Assembly: GCF_963921235.1 (NCBI RefSeq)
Contig: NC_086108.1
Coordinates: forward strand, 50,656,001-50,720,000
DNA: 64,000 nucleotides
DNA from: Mobula hypostoma
Lineage: Eukaryota
Direction: 5' to 3'
The notes under the pieces are model-generated. The model was not told where the DNA came from, ran no database searches, and worked only from the letters and a program-made list of their open reading frames with translations. The position numbers and the translations under genes are program-made. Below are positions 37,435-50,604 of the stretch, in pieces (within the stretch, counting starts at the first letter, position 1; every line of letters begins with the position of its first letter).

Positions 37435-39153
37435 GATAAATCCTGCAACATAGGTGACAACAGAGCTTTGCTTCCGGATGAGCTCAATGCCTTCTATGCT
37501 CGCTTTGACCACCAGACCACCAGAACCGGGAGGAACCATTGCACACCCCATGTCTTACAATGGTCTGAGTATCTGAAGATGACATGCGGGCTGCCTTCAA
37601 GAAAGTGAATCCACGGAAAGCATCAGGTCCAGACAGCACCTGGCCGAGTACTGAAGGCCTGTGTCAGCCGACTGGCTGGAGTATTCACAGAGATCTTTAA
37701 CCTCTTGCTCTGGCATTGTCTGGTACCAACCTGCTTCAATCGTGCCAGTGCCCAGGAAGAGTGTGGTAACCTGTCTAAATGACTATTGCCCAGTTGCACT
37801 GACATCCACAGTAATGAATGCTTTGGGAGGCTGGTGTTGAGGCATGCCAGCTCCTGTCTGAATTGTAACTTGGATCCACTCCAATTTGCCTACCGAAGCA
37901 ACAAGTCTACAGCAGATCTTCACACAACCCTAGAACATACATCAGGATGTTCTTTATCAATTACAGCTCAGCATTTAATACCATCATCCCCTCAAAGCTA
38001 ATCAGTAAACTCCAAGACCTGAGCCTCAATACCCCCCAGTGCAATTGGATCCTGGATTTCCTCACTTGTAGACCCCAATCAGTTCAAATTGGCAAAAGCA
38101 TCTCCTCCACAATCTCCATCAACACAGGAGCACTGCAGGGATGTGTACTTAACTCCCTGCTCTACTTGCTTTACACCTATGACAGTGTGGCTAAGTTCAG
38201 CTCCAACACCATATACAGTACGTTTGCTGATGACGCCACTGTTGCGGGTTGTATCAAACGGGATGATGAATCAGCATACAGAAGGGAGATTGAACGTTTG
38301 GCTGAGTGGTGTAATAACAACAACCTCTCACACAATGTCAATAAGACCAAAGAACTGATTGTAGAATTCAGGAGAGGGAAACCCGAGATCCATGAGCCAG
38401 TAATCATCAGAAGGTCAGAGGTGGACTTCAGGAGAGGGCACCAGAGGTCCATGAGCCAGTAATCATTGGAGGATCAGAGGTGGAGAGGGTCAGTAACTTT
38501 AAATTCCTGGGTGTCACTATCTCAGAGGACCTGTCCTGGATCTATCATGTAAATGCAATTACAAAAGAAAGCACGACAGCGCTTCTACTTCCTCAGGGGT
38601 CTGCAGAGGTTCAGCATGTCATGAAAACCTTGACAAACTCCTATAGATGTGTGGTGGAAAGTGTGCTGACTGGCTGCAGTACACCCTGGTATGGGAGCAC
38701 CAATGTCTTCGAGCAGAAAATCCTATAAAAGGTAATCAGTTCGGCTCAGTACATCATGAGTAAAACCATCCCAACCACTGGACACATCTACATGAAACAT
38801 TGCTGTAGAAAAGCAGCATCTATCATCAAAGATCCTCACCACCCAGGCCATGCTCTTTGCTCGCTGCTGCCATCAGGTAGAAAGCACAGGAGCCTCAGAC
38901 TCACACCACCAGGTTCAAGAACAGTTACTACCCCTCAACCATCAGATTCTTGAACAATTTAAGGACTCTGTTATATTGTTATTTCATGCTTGTTATTTAT
39001 TGCTATTTATTTACACGCACACAGTTTGTTTACAGTTAACAGTTACTGTTCTATAGATTTGGTAAGTATGCCTGCAGAGAAAGAATCTCAGGTTCGTATG
39101 AGGTGATATGTATGTACTCTGATAATAAGTTTTACTTTGAACTTTGAACTTTG
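37435..39153 (+). mobile_element. Rex1/Babar-type LINE RT region to 3' tail
   Basis: [57 protein letters not shown]; (TTTGAAC)n tail; ~60-bp tandem duplication at about 38365-38485. Confidence 0.92.
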
Positions 39154-39409
39154 AAAGGCTAATGGTGTTTGGGTTCCCTTTGTAAAGTATCACATATTCT
39201 GTGGAATGTGATATTATTTCTGCTGATGTGTGGTAGATTCAGCTGCCAGATGAATAAAAAAGATATATTGCATTTTGGCCATCATTCGTTCTCTTTATAG
39301 AGCCTTTCAGAATTGATACTTACGAGTTCAGAATTGGGTGGAATGTACATCTTCTTTTATACGAGCAAAGTTCATAATTGTTTCTTATTCAATGGATTGA
39401 ATTTCCACA

Positions 39410-39885
39410 AACCATAAGATATAGGAGCAGAAGAAGGCCATTTGGCCCATTGAGTCTGCTCTGCCATTCAATCATGGGCTGATCCAATTCTTCCAGTTAT
39501 CCCCACTCCCCTGCCTTCTCTCTATACCCTTTTATGCCCTGGCTAAACAAGAACCTTTCTAACTCTGCCTTAAATACACCCAATGACTTGGCCTCCACAG
39601 CCGATCGTGGCAACAAATTCCACAGATTTATCACTCTCTGACTAAAGTAATTTCTCCGCATCTCAGTTCTAAAAGGACGTCCTTCAATCCTGAAGTCATG
39701 CTCTCTTGTCTTAAAATCCCCTACCATGGGAAATAACATTGCCATATCTAATCTGTTCAAGCCTTTTAACATTCGGGATGTTTCTATGAGATCCTCCTTC
39801 ATTCCCCTGAACTCCAGGGAATACAGCCCAAGAACTACCAGACGTTCCTCATATGGTAACCCTCCCATTCCTGGAATCATTCTTG
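39410..39885 (-). mobile_element. CR1 3' end
   Basis: ORF 39497-39898 (RMIPGM, YEERL..LGLYSLE, FSQRVINLWNLLP). Confidence 0.92.
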
Positions 39886-40544
39886 TGTAACATGTCAAAG
39901 GTAAAATAAAATAAACTGATTTTTCTCAGATAAAATCAGTAATACTTGTTATCCCCAAGGGAAATGGAAGGTCAGTTTATGAACTACATATAATCATAAT
40001 AATTGTTCTTGTGTTATGTACAGGAGCCGAGTGGGTAACAATTCCACTCGGCAGTGATGGAAGGTACATTTATGTTACAACTATTCCTCGCACTTGCCTC
40101 ATCCCATTGGCGCAACGTTTGTAATGTGCATTCCTCCCACCTCTAGTTTAAATTTAATTGAAATCAAGGGGAAAATACAAAGCATGCTTTTCAGGTGAAA
40201 TGGAGTTAAGGATGGTTCAATGTATAAACTATGAATCATAGAATTGTCACTGTCTTGTGTCAAAGAGAGGTGGGAAAGTTAGTTCAAATGCAGTGACTCA
40301 AAGGGTAGAATCATTTCCTTTCAATGGATAGGATAGGGAGGATAGCAAGCAGAGAAGAAAAAATGAAGTAATTAGTTATTCCGAAACTTGACTTTCGAAT
40401 GCCAGTGGGTTGCTGAATACAATCAGTATTTCACCATCACACGATTTAAGCGAGAAAGTAGTGGGATCAGATTGTATGTATAAAGTGGAGGTGAAACTAA
40501 AAGGAAAGTTTGAAGGGAAGTTGCTCAAAGTTACACTGAATAGC

Positions 40545-41375
40545 AAATATTCTTCTGTTATTCAAGAAGGGAAATAGGGATAACCTTGGAATCTATAGAC
40601 TTCTGATTCTCACGTCAATGGTAAAGAAACTATTGGAGAGGATTCTTAGGGAGAAGGTTTATGCACATTTGAAAAAGCATGATGCAATTAGCGATGGTCA
40701 GCATGGCCTTGTGCAAGGTAAGATATATGTTACCAACTTTATAGAGTTGTTGAGGAGGTAACAAAGGTGATTGATGAAGGTAGGACTATGGATTTTGTCT
40801 ACATGGATTTTAGTAAGATGTTTGACAAGGTCCCTCATGGGAAGCTCATCCAGAAGATGAAGATACATGAGATCTATGGTGACTTTGGTCATTTTGATTC
40901 AGAATTGGCTTGTCCATAGAAAAAAGAGGGCCGTGATCAATGAGACTCATTCTGGCTGGAGATTTATGACTAGTGGTATTCCACAAGGGACACTTCAGAG
41001 ATCTTCGCTGTTTGTGATATTTTTAAATGACTTAGATAAAAATGTAGATGCGTGCATTAGCAAGTTGACAGATGATGTTATAGATAGTTATGGATAGTAT
41101 AGGAAGGTGAATAGTGTACAAGATTTTCAAGGACATAGTGGGATATAGATCAGTTGCAGATATGGGCAGGGAAATGGCAGATGCAGTTTAATCCAGACAC
41201 ATGATGTGTTGCACTTTGAGAGATCAACTGTAAAGAGGCAGTACATTGTGAAAGACAAAGCTCTTAATAGTGTTGATATACAAAGGGATCTTGAGGTCCA
41301 GGTTCATAGCTCACTGAAAATGGTTGCATGTTGATAGGAAGGTAAAGATAGCCTATTGCAGGCATGCCTTTTTTT
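40545..41375 (+). mobile_element. Degraded CR1 RT fragment (3' UTR remnant at about 41650-41785)
   Basis: QHGLVQG, YMDFSK.FDKVPH and IQNWL motifs. Confidence 0.85.
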
Positions 41376-42624
41376 AGTGAGGCACTGAGGTCAAGACCTC
41401 AGCACCTTGTTCCATCGAATCACATTCCCCCACTGGGTCGAATCCTATGACCGGTTCTCTCCAGTGTCTTCTCTCTTCCTCTCCCGCTGAACAAAGGATC
41501 CAGCTTCCCAAAGGTGTCAGGCACACAACACAAAAACCCACTCCCCTGACTGGATGGTTCACATGCGAAAGCACCTGTTATCTCTAACCATAACCCAAAC
41601 ACTGCTTCAACAGAAAGACCATTACATTAGCAGTGAAACCTTTCCCAGGCAGATTGGATTATATGGACTGAAGTCATTAGTTTACTTATACATTTAATTA
41701 ATAGTTTAGTTAGCTTGGCACAACCTGATGGGCCAAAGGACCTGCTGTTATGGTGCATTTTTCAGTGTTCTATATCCCATGTTCTAAGTTGTAGGAAGTA
41801 AATTAAGATTACAGGAAGATAATGAAAGCAGCAAGTCTAAAAAGACGAACACCATGATAAAAAATAATCCTTTGCCAGCATTGTAACAATACAATCAGAT
41901 GACCAAGCCATAGAGCATATTGATCATATTGAAACAAGCAAGTTGACAGGATAACTCTGATGCATTTGTACCATCATTATCTTCTACCTCTCCTCTGGCA
42001 GTGCGTAGGGTTCACAGATGACTTGTTTCCACTTTGGTTCTGTAGTTTCTGAGGTGAGGGATGAAGCCAATATATGAACTGCAGACTGCGCCACAGGTTG
42101 GTCATGTGATGTCTCACAGGAGGGTGCCTGGATGGTTTGTGAGGTGGTGAACTCTGACCATTGCTTAGAAACTCCACTTGCTTTTGATGCATAGCTTTAC
42201 CATTCTCAACATCATCCCTAATCCTTCTCTACCGTGAGCAATCAGGACCAGAGAATCATGAGTCATGGCGATGTTACATTTATCCAAGAAACTTTGAGAA
42301 TGTCTCAAATGTTCCCTCCCTCTATAAAAAAATCTATTGCTGTGACAGAGCTCTTCCAGCAGTCTGGATTTGGGTATGTAAACAACACATCATTGGAAGG
42401 TGGTAGTGAGGGGCTTTTTCATTCATCAGTTTAACCTCAGGGAAGGTTGTTTTAAATCAAAATGATTTTAGATACTTAAGAAATTGTAAGACACAGCTTT
42501 CAGCACACCTCAGATGATGCTGCAATAATTAAAATAAAATTGATAAATTACAAAGCAAATATGACATGCAAGCAAGATAAAGATAATGATAAGAGAGAGC
42601 AGGAGCAAACTGACAGTACTTTTA

Positions 42625-43297
42625 TAACCATATAACCATATAACCATATAACAATTACAGCACGAAACAGGCTATCTTGGCCCTTCTAGTTCGTGCCGAA
42701 ATCTTACTCTCACCTCGTCCCACCGACCTGCACTCAGCCCATAACCCTCCATTCCTTTCCTGTCCATATAGCTGTCCAGTTTAACTTTAAACGACAACAT
42801 GGAACCTGCCTCAACCACTTCTGCTGGAAGCTCGTTCCACACAGTTACCACTCTCTGAGTAAAGAAGTTCCCCCTCATGTTACCCCTAAACTTTTGCCCT
42901 TTAACTCTCCACTCATGTCCTCTTGTTTGAATCTCCCCCACTCTCAATGGAAAAAGCCTATCCTCGTCAACTCTATCTATCCCTCTCATTATTTTAAATA
43001 CCTCTATCAAGTCCCCCTCAACCTTCTAAGTTCCAAAGAATAAAGATCCAACTTATTCAACCTTTCTCTGTAACTTAGGTGATGAAACCCAGTAGATTCT
43101 AGTAAACCTCCTCTGTACTCTCTCTATTTTGTTGACATCTTTCCTATAGTTTGGTGACCAAACTGTGCACAATACTCCAAATTTGGCCTCACCAATGCCT
43201 TGTACAATTTCAACATTACATCCCAACTCCTATACTCAATGCTCTGATTTGTAAAGGCCAGCATACCAAAAGCTTTCTTCACCACCCTATCCACATG
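42625..43297 (-). mobile_element. CR1 3' end
   Basis: ORF 42672-43010 (IEVFKIMRG, FFTQRVV.VWNELP); (ATGGTTAT)n tail. Confidence 0.92.
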
Positions 43298-44078
43298 AGT
43301 TCATTCATTCAGAGGAAGGCCACCATTTAAAATCCATCTTCAATTGGATTTGAATTGATTGGCCTCCTAGATTTTGATTGAGATGCTTAGAGTAAATCTC
43401 ATTGCTGAAGTTAAGGATGCAGACTTTTTTTCCTTCTTTTGAATGTTGTAATGAGTGAGCTGCCTTTTGCAGCAACCTATCTCATCATGGCCTTCATTCC
43501 ACCTACTGGCAGTAAACCTGACTATAAATAAGAGAAAATCAGCAGATACAGGAAACCCTGCTGAAGAGCCTTGGCCCAAAACGTCAACTGTACTCTTTTC
43601 TGTCGATGCTGCATGGCCCACTGTTTGATTGTGGCTATTTGCCCGAACAGAACAGCAATGAAAGGAGTGAAAGAGAATGAGTGAGATTGGGTGCAGAGTA
43701 AGAATGGAGCAGAGATAGAAGGAACTGTGAAAGAGAAAACACGAAATTGGAAACAAACAGGCTGTATTTTAGCCCTTTATGTTACCTGAGGAAGAGATAG
43801 TAGAAAAGAACACAAGGCTAGAAGCAGAAGTAAGCAATTTGGTTCTTCACACCTGCTCTACTATTCAGTGAGATCATGGTAGGTGTTTCACCTCAATGCC
43901 ACTATCCTTCATGAACCCTGTTTCCATTAATACCTAAAACAAATCCATCTGTATTTTCCTGAATAAACCACAGGCCTGAGGCTTTCAGCTCTTTTGGTGG
44001 AGAATCCGTGTTTCCTAGAATCCGGATGAAGAAACTTTTCTTTATCTCAGTCCTAAGTATCTGAGCCGTTGTTTTGAG

Positions 44079-45037
44079 TGCTACGTACCCCGTAACTGGG
44101 TTGCCAAACCAGCAGAAATGGATCACTCAGTTGGAGTCTGGATTACTAGAACTAAGAAAGTTTTATTAAAGAAACAAGCAACACAGTAATCGAAAGGATA
44201 ATAAATGCAACAGTTCAGCAATGATAAACACACATGTGCACAGAATTAAGATAACAGGATCAATCAAGCCTTATCGTTGTCTAGGGGTAAATGACCAATT
44301 TCAAAGTGACACAAAGTCCAGTTCAATTTAGTTCAGTTCGCAGTAATCGTTGCCATGGCGATGGACAATATGGGGGGGGGGAGGAGAGAGAGAACAAGAA
44401 CGAATGATCATTCAAAACGGCTTCCACACACAGACCTGCGATATTGCTCACAAGCAGCTTTCGGGCGAGTCCTTTGTGATGTCACCTGAGGTCACCGACT
44501 GTGACCCCTCCTCCAGATGCGGTCGATCCTCTGCAGTGAACCTGGCACCCAAGCAAAGGTGGACACACACTGGGTTCCCGCTGATCGTACCTTTCCACCC
44601 TGTGCGTCTATGGCTTGGTTCCGCAACCAGCCTTCCAAAACGACTCCCGCTGACTTGCGGGGGGGCACCGCTTCCAGGGTCTCGTTACCTCGTGGTGTCG
44701 TGTGTGTCCTGCCTTAGCGAACCTGTCCCTTTTTATCCCCCTGCTGGGGTATCGCCTGTCCATCACTTCAAACAGTTCAGGGTTCAAAGAGGGAGCCGCT
44801 TCAGACAGCTCTCTCTCCCGTCCCTTCATTACACATCTCCAAATCGCCTGTCCATCACTTCAAACAGTTCAGGGTTCAAAGGGGGAGCCGCTCTAGACAG
44901 CTCTCTCTCCCGTCCCTTCATTACACATCTCCAATGCTGCTCCATTGTCTTCCTTATCTCTCTCTCTCCTGAAGACGGGTGGCAGACCAACTGCTGATCA
45001 CACAGGACAGCTAACATCTATGTGTATTCTTGTCACA
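44079..45037 (-). repeat. 3' LTR
   Basis: Direct repeat of 48239-49196; adjacent PPT; internal ~91-bp tandem duplication. Confidence 0.95.
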
Positions 45038-45209
45038 CTTCCCCCCTTTAAGGATTTTTACCGGGGTAAAAATTACAAACATGAGTACATTATTTGATAC
45101 ACACAAATATACATCTTTATCAGCTATTTGGCTAATACAGAGAATTTGAAGTTGTTAACACCGGACAGACAGTCAGTGATCACATTTTCTGTTCCTTTTA
45201 TATGTGTTA

Positions 45210-45668
45210 TTAATAATCCCTTAGACCAGGCTCCAATTTAGCAAACTTAATAGTGGCCAAAAACACTGATGAATTGCGATCAATGTAACCTCTCATTTGG
45301 TTTTGTCCCAGACCACAATAACAAGGGTCGTCCCATTCCGATCTAGTTTTCTCTTGCAAGGGCTTAGTAGGAGGGGGAGGGGTAGTGACTGCAGAGTTAT
45401 TGCAAAACTTCCTACAGTACCCCACCATCTCCAAGAGCCTTCTGAGGGCCCTCTTGTCTGTCGGGGTTCGGAGGTCAGCGATAGCCTGCACTGTAGCTTG
45501 CATCGCTGCCAGCTGCCCCTGTGTCACCACAATTCCCAGGTAAGTGACCTTCATGTGGCTGAACTCATTTTTTTCAAGGTTCACTATCAAGCTGGCTTCA
45601 GACAGCCGTATAAAATTGCCAATACACACCTCTGTGTTCGTCAGCCCTTTAGTCACTGAATTACTCAT
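45210..45668 (-). pseudogene. RT C-terminal remnant of the LTR element
   Basis: LIVNLEKNEF...VTYLG and ALRRLLEMVGYCRKFC match the Gypsy RT thumb; the catalytic YxDD region is absent. Confidence 0.75.
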
Positions 45669-45692
45669 TCTATATGATTATTGTTTACTAGG

Positions 45693-48139
45693 CTAACCTA
45701 TTGTAACAGACACCACCCAACGTCCCAGTTCTTTGCATCGCCTCGGGACAATCAGACACACGGGTGCGAGTCGTTTAATTACTTCTCCTAAAGAGTCGCT
45801 TTGTTCGGGGATTAAGGGAGGGACCTTATCAGTAGACCTGGCCAAAACAATAGCCTTCTCCCATCTGATCGATCCCATACTAATCTTTTCAAAATGGTTT
45901 TTTTCTCTTATCAGGGGGCCCCTAGCTTCATTGATTTCCGTGCTAACACCGACTAGGTTTGTTAGCATATCAAAAGCCTGTGACCGTCTCAGTTCGCGTC
46001 GGTCATAATCAATAACATCCTTCCCCCTGGGCAGCCGGTAAACCTCTTTCATGATTCCACCAACTGTTCCCTCCAGTACCGCAAAATGTCCACCGGGGGG
46101 TACCTTGTGGGCCAGGTTAAAAACCTCATCCCCATAACTCCTTTGCACCACCCCCCATTCCTCATCTGCGGGTACGGTACTTGGTTTCCCTTTCTTCCTT
46201 AGCACTTCCTCCTCCACACAATAGCCTACTAGTTCCCTTGTCAAGTCTGTGTCAGAGAGAGCTGTCTCTGCCAAAACCCTCAGCCCCTCGTCTCGCTCCT
46301 GCATCTGCACAAATTCTTTCCTGGCTAATGCTACGTCTGTCCCAGCTCCCTCACTACCTCTTGTCTCACTACACTCCTTCTTTTCACTTTCTACCCCCGT
46401 CTCGTATAAGGCTGGCAGAAACGTCTCAGCTAAATTCACTACCACGGTCCCGTGATGAACCTGTGAGTCCATGGGCAGGGCCTCAATGCTGGCAGGCTGA
46501 CCTGTCAATCTCATGACTGGGAACACGATTCCCCCGGCGATGTCATTACCGAGCAAGACTTCCACGCCTTTCATCGGTAATTCGGACCTCACCCTGATCG
46601 TGACTAGTCCAGAGACCAGGTTGCTTTGTAAGTGTATCTGGTGCACAGGGACTGACTCTGTCCCTTCCCCAACACCTTTGACCTTTACCTCCCCAGTCTG
46701 GGTCTCTGAACTAAACTCTAATACACTCTTCAGTATTAGTGACTGACACGCTCCCGTGTCTCTCCAGATCCGCACTGGAACTGGTTTTAACCCCTCCTTC
46801 ACTGACACCAATCCGGCCGAGATAAACTTCTCGCGCCCTTCCTGAACTTTGGCAGACCTGTCCTTCCCTAGCGGTTCGTGTACCAGCTCGATACAGCCAG
46901 TCAAAATTGCCGTTTTTCCTTTTCCCGTCTCCTTCTTTGGGGCAAAGCACCTGGACGCAAAGTGTCCGACTTTCCCACAATTATAACAGACGACCCCAGG
47001 AGACTTCCTACCAGACTGCTCCCGGTCTACCTTATCCTTCTCACTAGTCCCCGGCTTACTTTCTGACTTTTCCGGCGGATTCTCCCGGCCGTACTGAATA
47101 CCCTTCTGGTAGCCTTTACTCGGGGCAAACTTCATTTTATGTGTCAACGCATACTCATCCGCTAACTTAGCAGTTGCGGCTAATGTGGCTGCCTCTTTCT
47201 CATCTAGGTAGGGTCTCATACCCTCCGGGACACAACCTTTAAACTGCTCAATCAGGATCAGCTGCAGCAGTCTGTCATAATCCCCCTCTAACCCCTTTGA
47301 GGTGCACCAACGCTCACAATATGTCTGCATCTCACGGGCAAACTCCAAATACGTGCGGTCCCACTGCTTCCTCGCATTCCGGAACCTTTGCCGGTATGCC
47401 TCCGAGACCAACTCATAAATCCTGAGGATGGCCTCTTTCACCACCTCATACCTCTGGGCATCTTCCGCAGACAAAGCTGAGTAAGCTTCTTGGGCTTTCC
47501 CTTTCAGTACACTCTGAAGTAAATCAGCCCACTTATCCCTGGGCCAGTCCTGACTTATAGCCACTTTTTCGAAATGGAGGAAGTACCGATCCACGTCGGT
47601 ATGGTCAAATGGGGGAACCAGCCTAACCTCCTGGGTCTCCCGGACCCTCCACCTTGGTTCGGCACGAGCCCCTGCTCTGCCCTTATCTTTAACTTCTCCA
47701 GCTCGAATTCCCTTTCCCTCTGTTTCTCCTCTCGCTCCAGCTGCCTTTCTCTCTCTCTCTCTTGCCTTTCTAACTCTTTCTCTTTCTCCTGCCATTCTAA
47801 CTCTCTCTCCTTCTCTGCTCGCTGCAACTGTCTGTCCTCTCTTTCTCTTCTCGCTCCAACTGCCGTACCCGGAACTCGTGCTCGAGTCTCAGTTTTTTGA
47901 GCTGCACGTGTAACGCGTCTCCAGCAGGTTTTTCAATAGACACCACGCCCAGCTCGCCTTGGGGGAAACACACCTTTAGATACATAGTGCTCTACGATAG
48001 CTCTGTGTATCTCCTCTCTCCTCATTGTCGACTTCACCTTAGCAAGATTCAACCGTTTGGACACAGCTACCAATTCCGATTTCCTGGCATCCTCGAATGC
48101 CTCCAAGGTCGGCGCCTTTATAAATTCCTCAGCCTCCAT
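45693..48139 (-). pseudogene. gag (coiled coil, SCAN, zinc knuckle), protease and integrase remnant; N-terminal part frameshifted
   Basis: Short ORFs 47933-48139, 47797-47985 and 47555-47827 lead into the 700-aa ORF with EAYRQRFR...LLQLILIEQF (SCAN-like), CYNCGKVGHFASRC, RDTGA protease motif and LAH...GGH integrase zinc-binding remnant. Confidence 0.88.
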
Positions 48140-48238
48140 TTCTGCTGTTCGTCTTTTCTTTCTTTCGGGAATTTTAACCCATTCAATTTACTCCGTCCCA
48201 AATTTAGCGTTCAAAATCGCGGATGAGAATCCCACTTA

Positions 48239-49196
48239 TGTTACGTACCCTGTAACTGGGTTGCCAAACCAGCAGAAATGGATCACTCAGTTGGAGTCTG
48301 GATTACTAGAACTAAGAAAGTTTTATTAAAGAAACAAGCAACACAGTAATCGAAAGGATAATAAATGCAACAGTTCAGCAATGATAAACACATATGTGCA
48401 CAGAATTAAGATAACAGGATCAATCAAGCTCTATCGTTGTCTAGGGGTAAATGACCAATTTCAAAGTGACACAAAGTTCAGTTCAATTTAGTTCAGTTCG
48501 CAGTAATCGTTGCCATGGCGATGGACAATATGGGGGGGGAGGAGAGAGAGAACAAGAACGAATGATCATTCAAAACGGCTTCCACACACAGACCTGTGAT
48601 ATTGCTCACAAGCAGCTTTCGGGCGAGTCCTTTGTGATGTCACCTGAGGTCACCGACTGTGACCCCTCCTCCAGATGCAGTCGATCCTCTGCAGTGAACC
48701 TGGCACCCAAGCAAGGGTGGACGCACACCGGGTTCCCGCTGATCGTACCTTTCCACCCTGTGCGTCTATGGCTTGGTTCCACAACCAGCCTTCCAAAACG
48801 ACTCCCGCCGACTTGCGGGGGGGCACCGCTTCCAGGGTCTCGTTACCTCGTGGTGTCGTGTGTGTCCTGCCTTAGTGAACCTGTCCCTTTTTATCCCCCT
48901 GCTGGGGTATCTCCTGTCCATCACTTCAAACAGTTCAGGGTTCAAAGGGGGAGCCGCTTCAGACAGCTCTCTCTCCCGTCCCTTCATTACACATCTCCAA
49001 ATCGCCTGTCCATCACTTCAAACAGTTCAGGGTTCAAAGGGGGAGTCGCTCTAGACAGCTCTCTCTCCCGTCCCTTCATTACACATCTCCAAATGCTGCT
49101 CCGTTGTCTTCCTTATCTCTCTCTCTCCCGAGGACAGGTGGCAGACCAACTGCTGATCACACAGGACAGCTAACATCTATGTGTATTCTTGTCACA
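48239..49196 (-). repeat. 5' LTR
   Basis: Direct repeat of 44079-45037; followed on the minus strand by PBS-like TGGGATTCTCATCCGCGAT. Confidence 0.95.
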
Positions 49197-50604
49197 TGAG
49201 ACTTTGACTCCTGGTTCTAGACATCTTCGCCAGGGGAAACAGCTAACACTTAAGTGAACGTGTACGTGTAAATGAGGTTGCCTCGCATTTTTCTACCCTC
49301 TCGACAGCATAGCCTGAGTGTGCTTAATCTTTCCTTGTAAAGCGAAGCTGCCAACCCAGGAATCAATCCAGTGAACATTTGCCGTACTCCCTGTCTCAGA
49401 AGAATATCCTTCTTTAGGAATGAAGGTCATACCCACTCAGAATATCCTGGAGACTGCAACCCGTATAATCGGAGTGAGAGTATTCAACGTGCATATGAAA
49501 ATCCTCTTGCAATGAAGACTAACATACCTTCTGCCTTCGTAATTGCTAGGTGTACCTGTATGTTAATTTTCAAGGATGAGCTCAGAAGGAGTTTCACATA
49601 TCAGCACCTTCTTTTATTTAAAAAAATACTCTACATTTCTATACTTTCCACTAAAGTAGATGACTTCATATCTTTCCACCATATAACCCATTTCTTACGT
49701 CTTTAGCCATTCACCTATCTCAATCTCCCTGAAGCTCTTTTATCCTCACCGTCCACACAGTCTTCAGCTATGTATCATTAACAACCATGAATTCATTACA
49801 CTTCCTTTATCCAAATCATTGTTAGGAATTATGAATGGCTGGAGCCACATGTGTTTGGGAAATTAAACTAATATATCCAAGGATAGACACACTAAGGGAA
49901 AAAGAAAATTGCATTTCATAATTCTCAACATATGTAGATTCAATTGAGAAATTAAATCCAAATAGGTATGTAACCTGCACATGGCTAGAAGGTTAGGATA
50001 GTATTAAAGTAAAAGAGGCTTATAATGTTACCAATATTCATGTTAGTATTGGGAAGGTTGACTAGGGATAACTATGAATGGACAGATGAAGAAAAGAGAT
50101 TATGATAGTAGATTTACTAGAGATATAGAAGATTGTACGAGCTGCTACGAAGAGAACGACTGAAGTCAACATGGACCTTACAAAGTCTGAGACGTGAAAT
50201 TCTCGTGGGGAATGTGGAAGTGGCTAAACAATTAACCAAATATGAACCAGATGTCTTCACAAGTATCAGCAATAATGGGGAATTAAGGATTTAATTTGTA
50301 ACTTTCAAAGTACAAATAAATGTGTTGTAAATTTAATTGAAGTATAAGTGAATTATTCCTTGGGATTAACGACCCTCATTCTAGGGTTCAAAATGAATTC
50401 TGCTGTGAACCTTTGGAATACTTTACACCAGAGAGCACTGGATGTCAATTGTTGAGAATAAAGTTTGAGCCAATGACTGCAAAATGTTTGTGCTTATTGA
50501 TGCAAAACTTTAGCCAAAATAGAGTTAAATATATCAGTAAAAAAGCAAGGTCAGCATGGGTCAACTTAAAAAAACAAAAAGAGGAAGGATGCTCGGAATT
50601 TGTG

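Larger units (their letters stand above)
44079..49196 (-). mobile_element. Gmr1-like Gypsy LTR retrotransposon, internally deleted, non-autonomous
   Basis: Paired TG...CA LTRs at 44079-45037 and 48239-49196, TSD TGAG, PPT AAAGGGGGGAAG next to 45038, degenerate tRNA-Pro-like PBS near 48235; gag with SCAN and CCHC, protease, then IN and RT remnants. Confidence 0.93.
43800..49850 (-). mobile_element. Ancient CR1 into which the LTR element inserted (43800-44078 and 49197-49850)
   Basis: Degraded CR1 3' UTR and ORF2 similarity continues across the TGAG site. Confidence 0.6.

Noticed and set aside
41390..41650. Possible LTR fragment replacing part of a CR1
   Set aside because: No termini, TSD or second copy in the window to support a call.
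44350..44997. 215-aa and 240-aa (48451-49173) ORFs
   Set aside because: Both lie inside the LTRs, antisense to the element, with no domain; their similarity reflects the LTR duplication.
45693..47795. Domesticated SCAN/zinc-knuckle host gene
   Set aside because: It sits between paired LTRs with a TSD, and the upstream gag is frameshifted three times.
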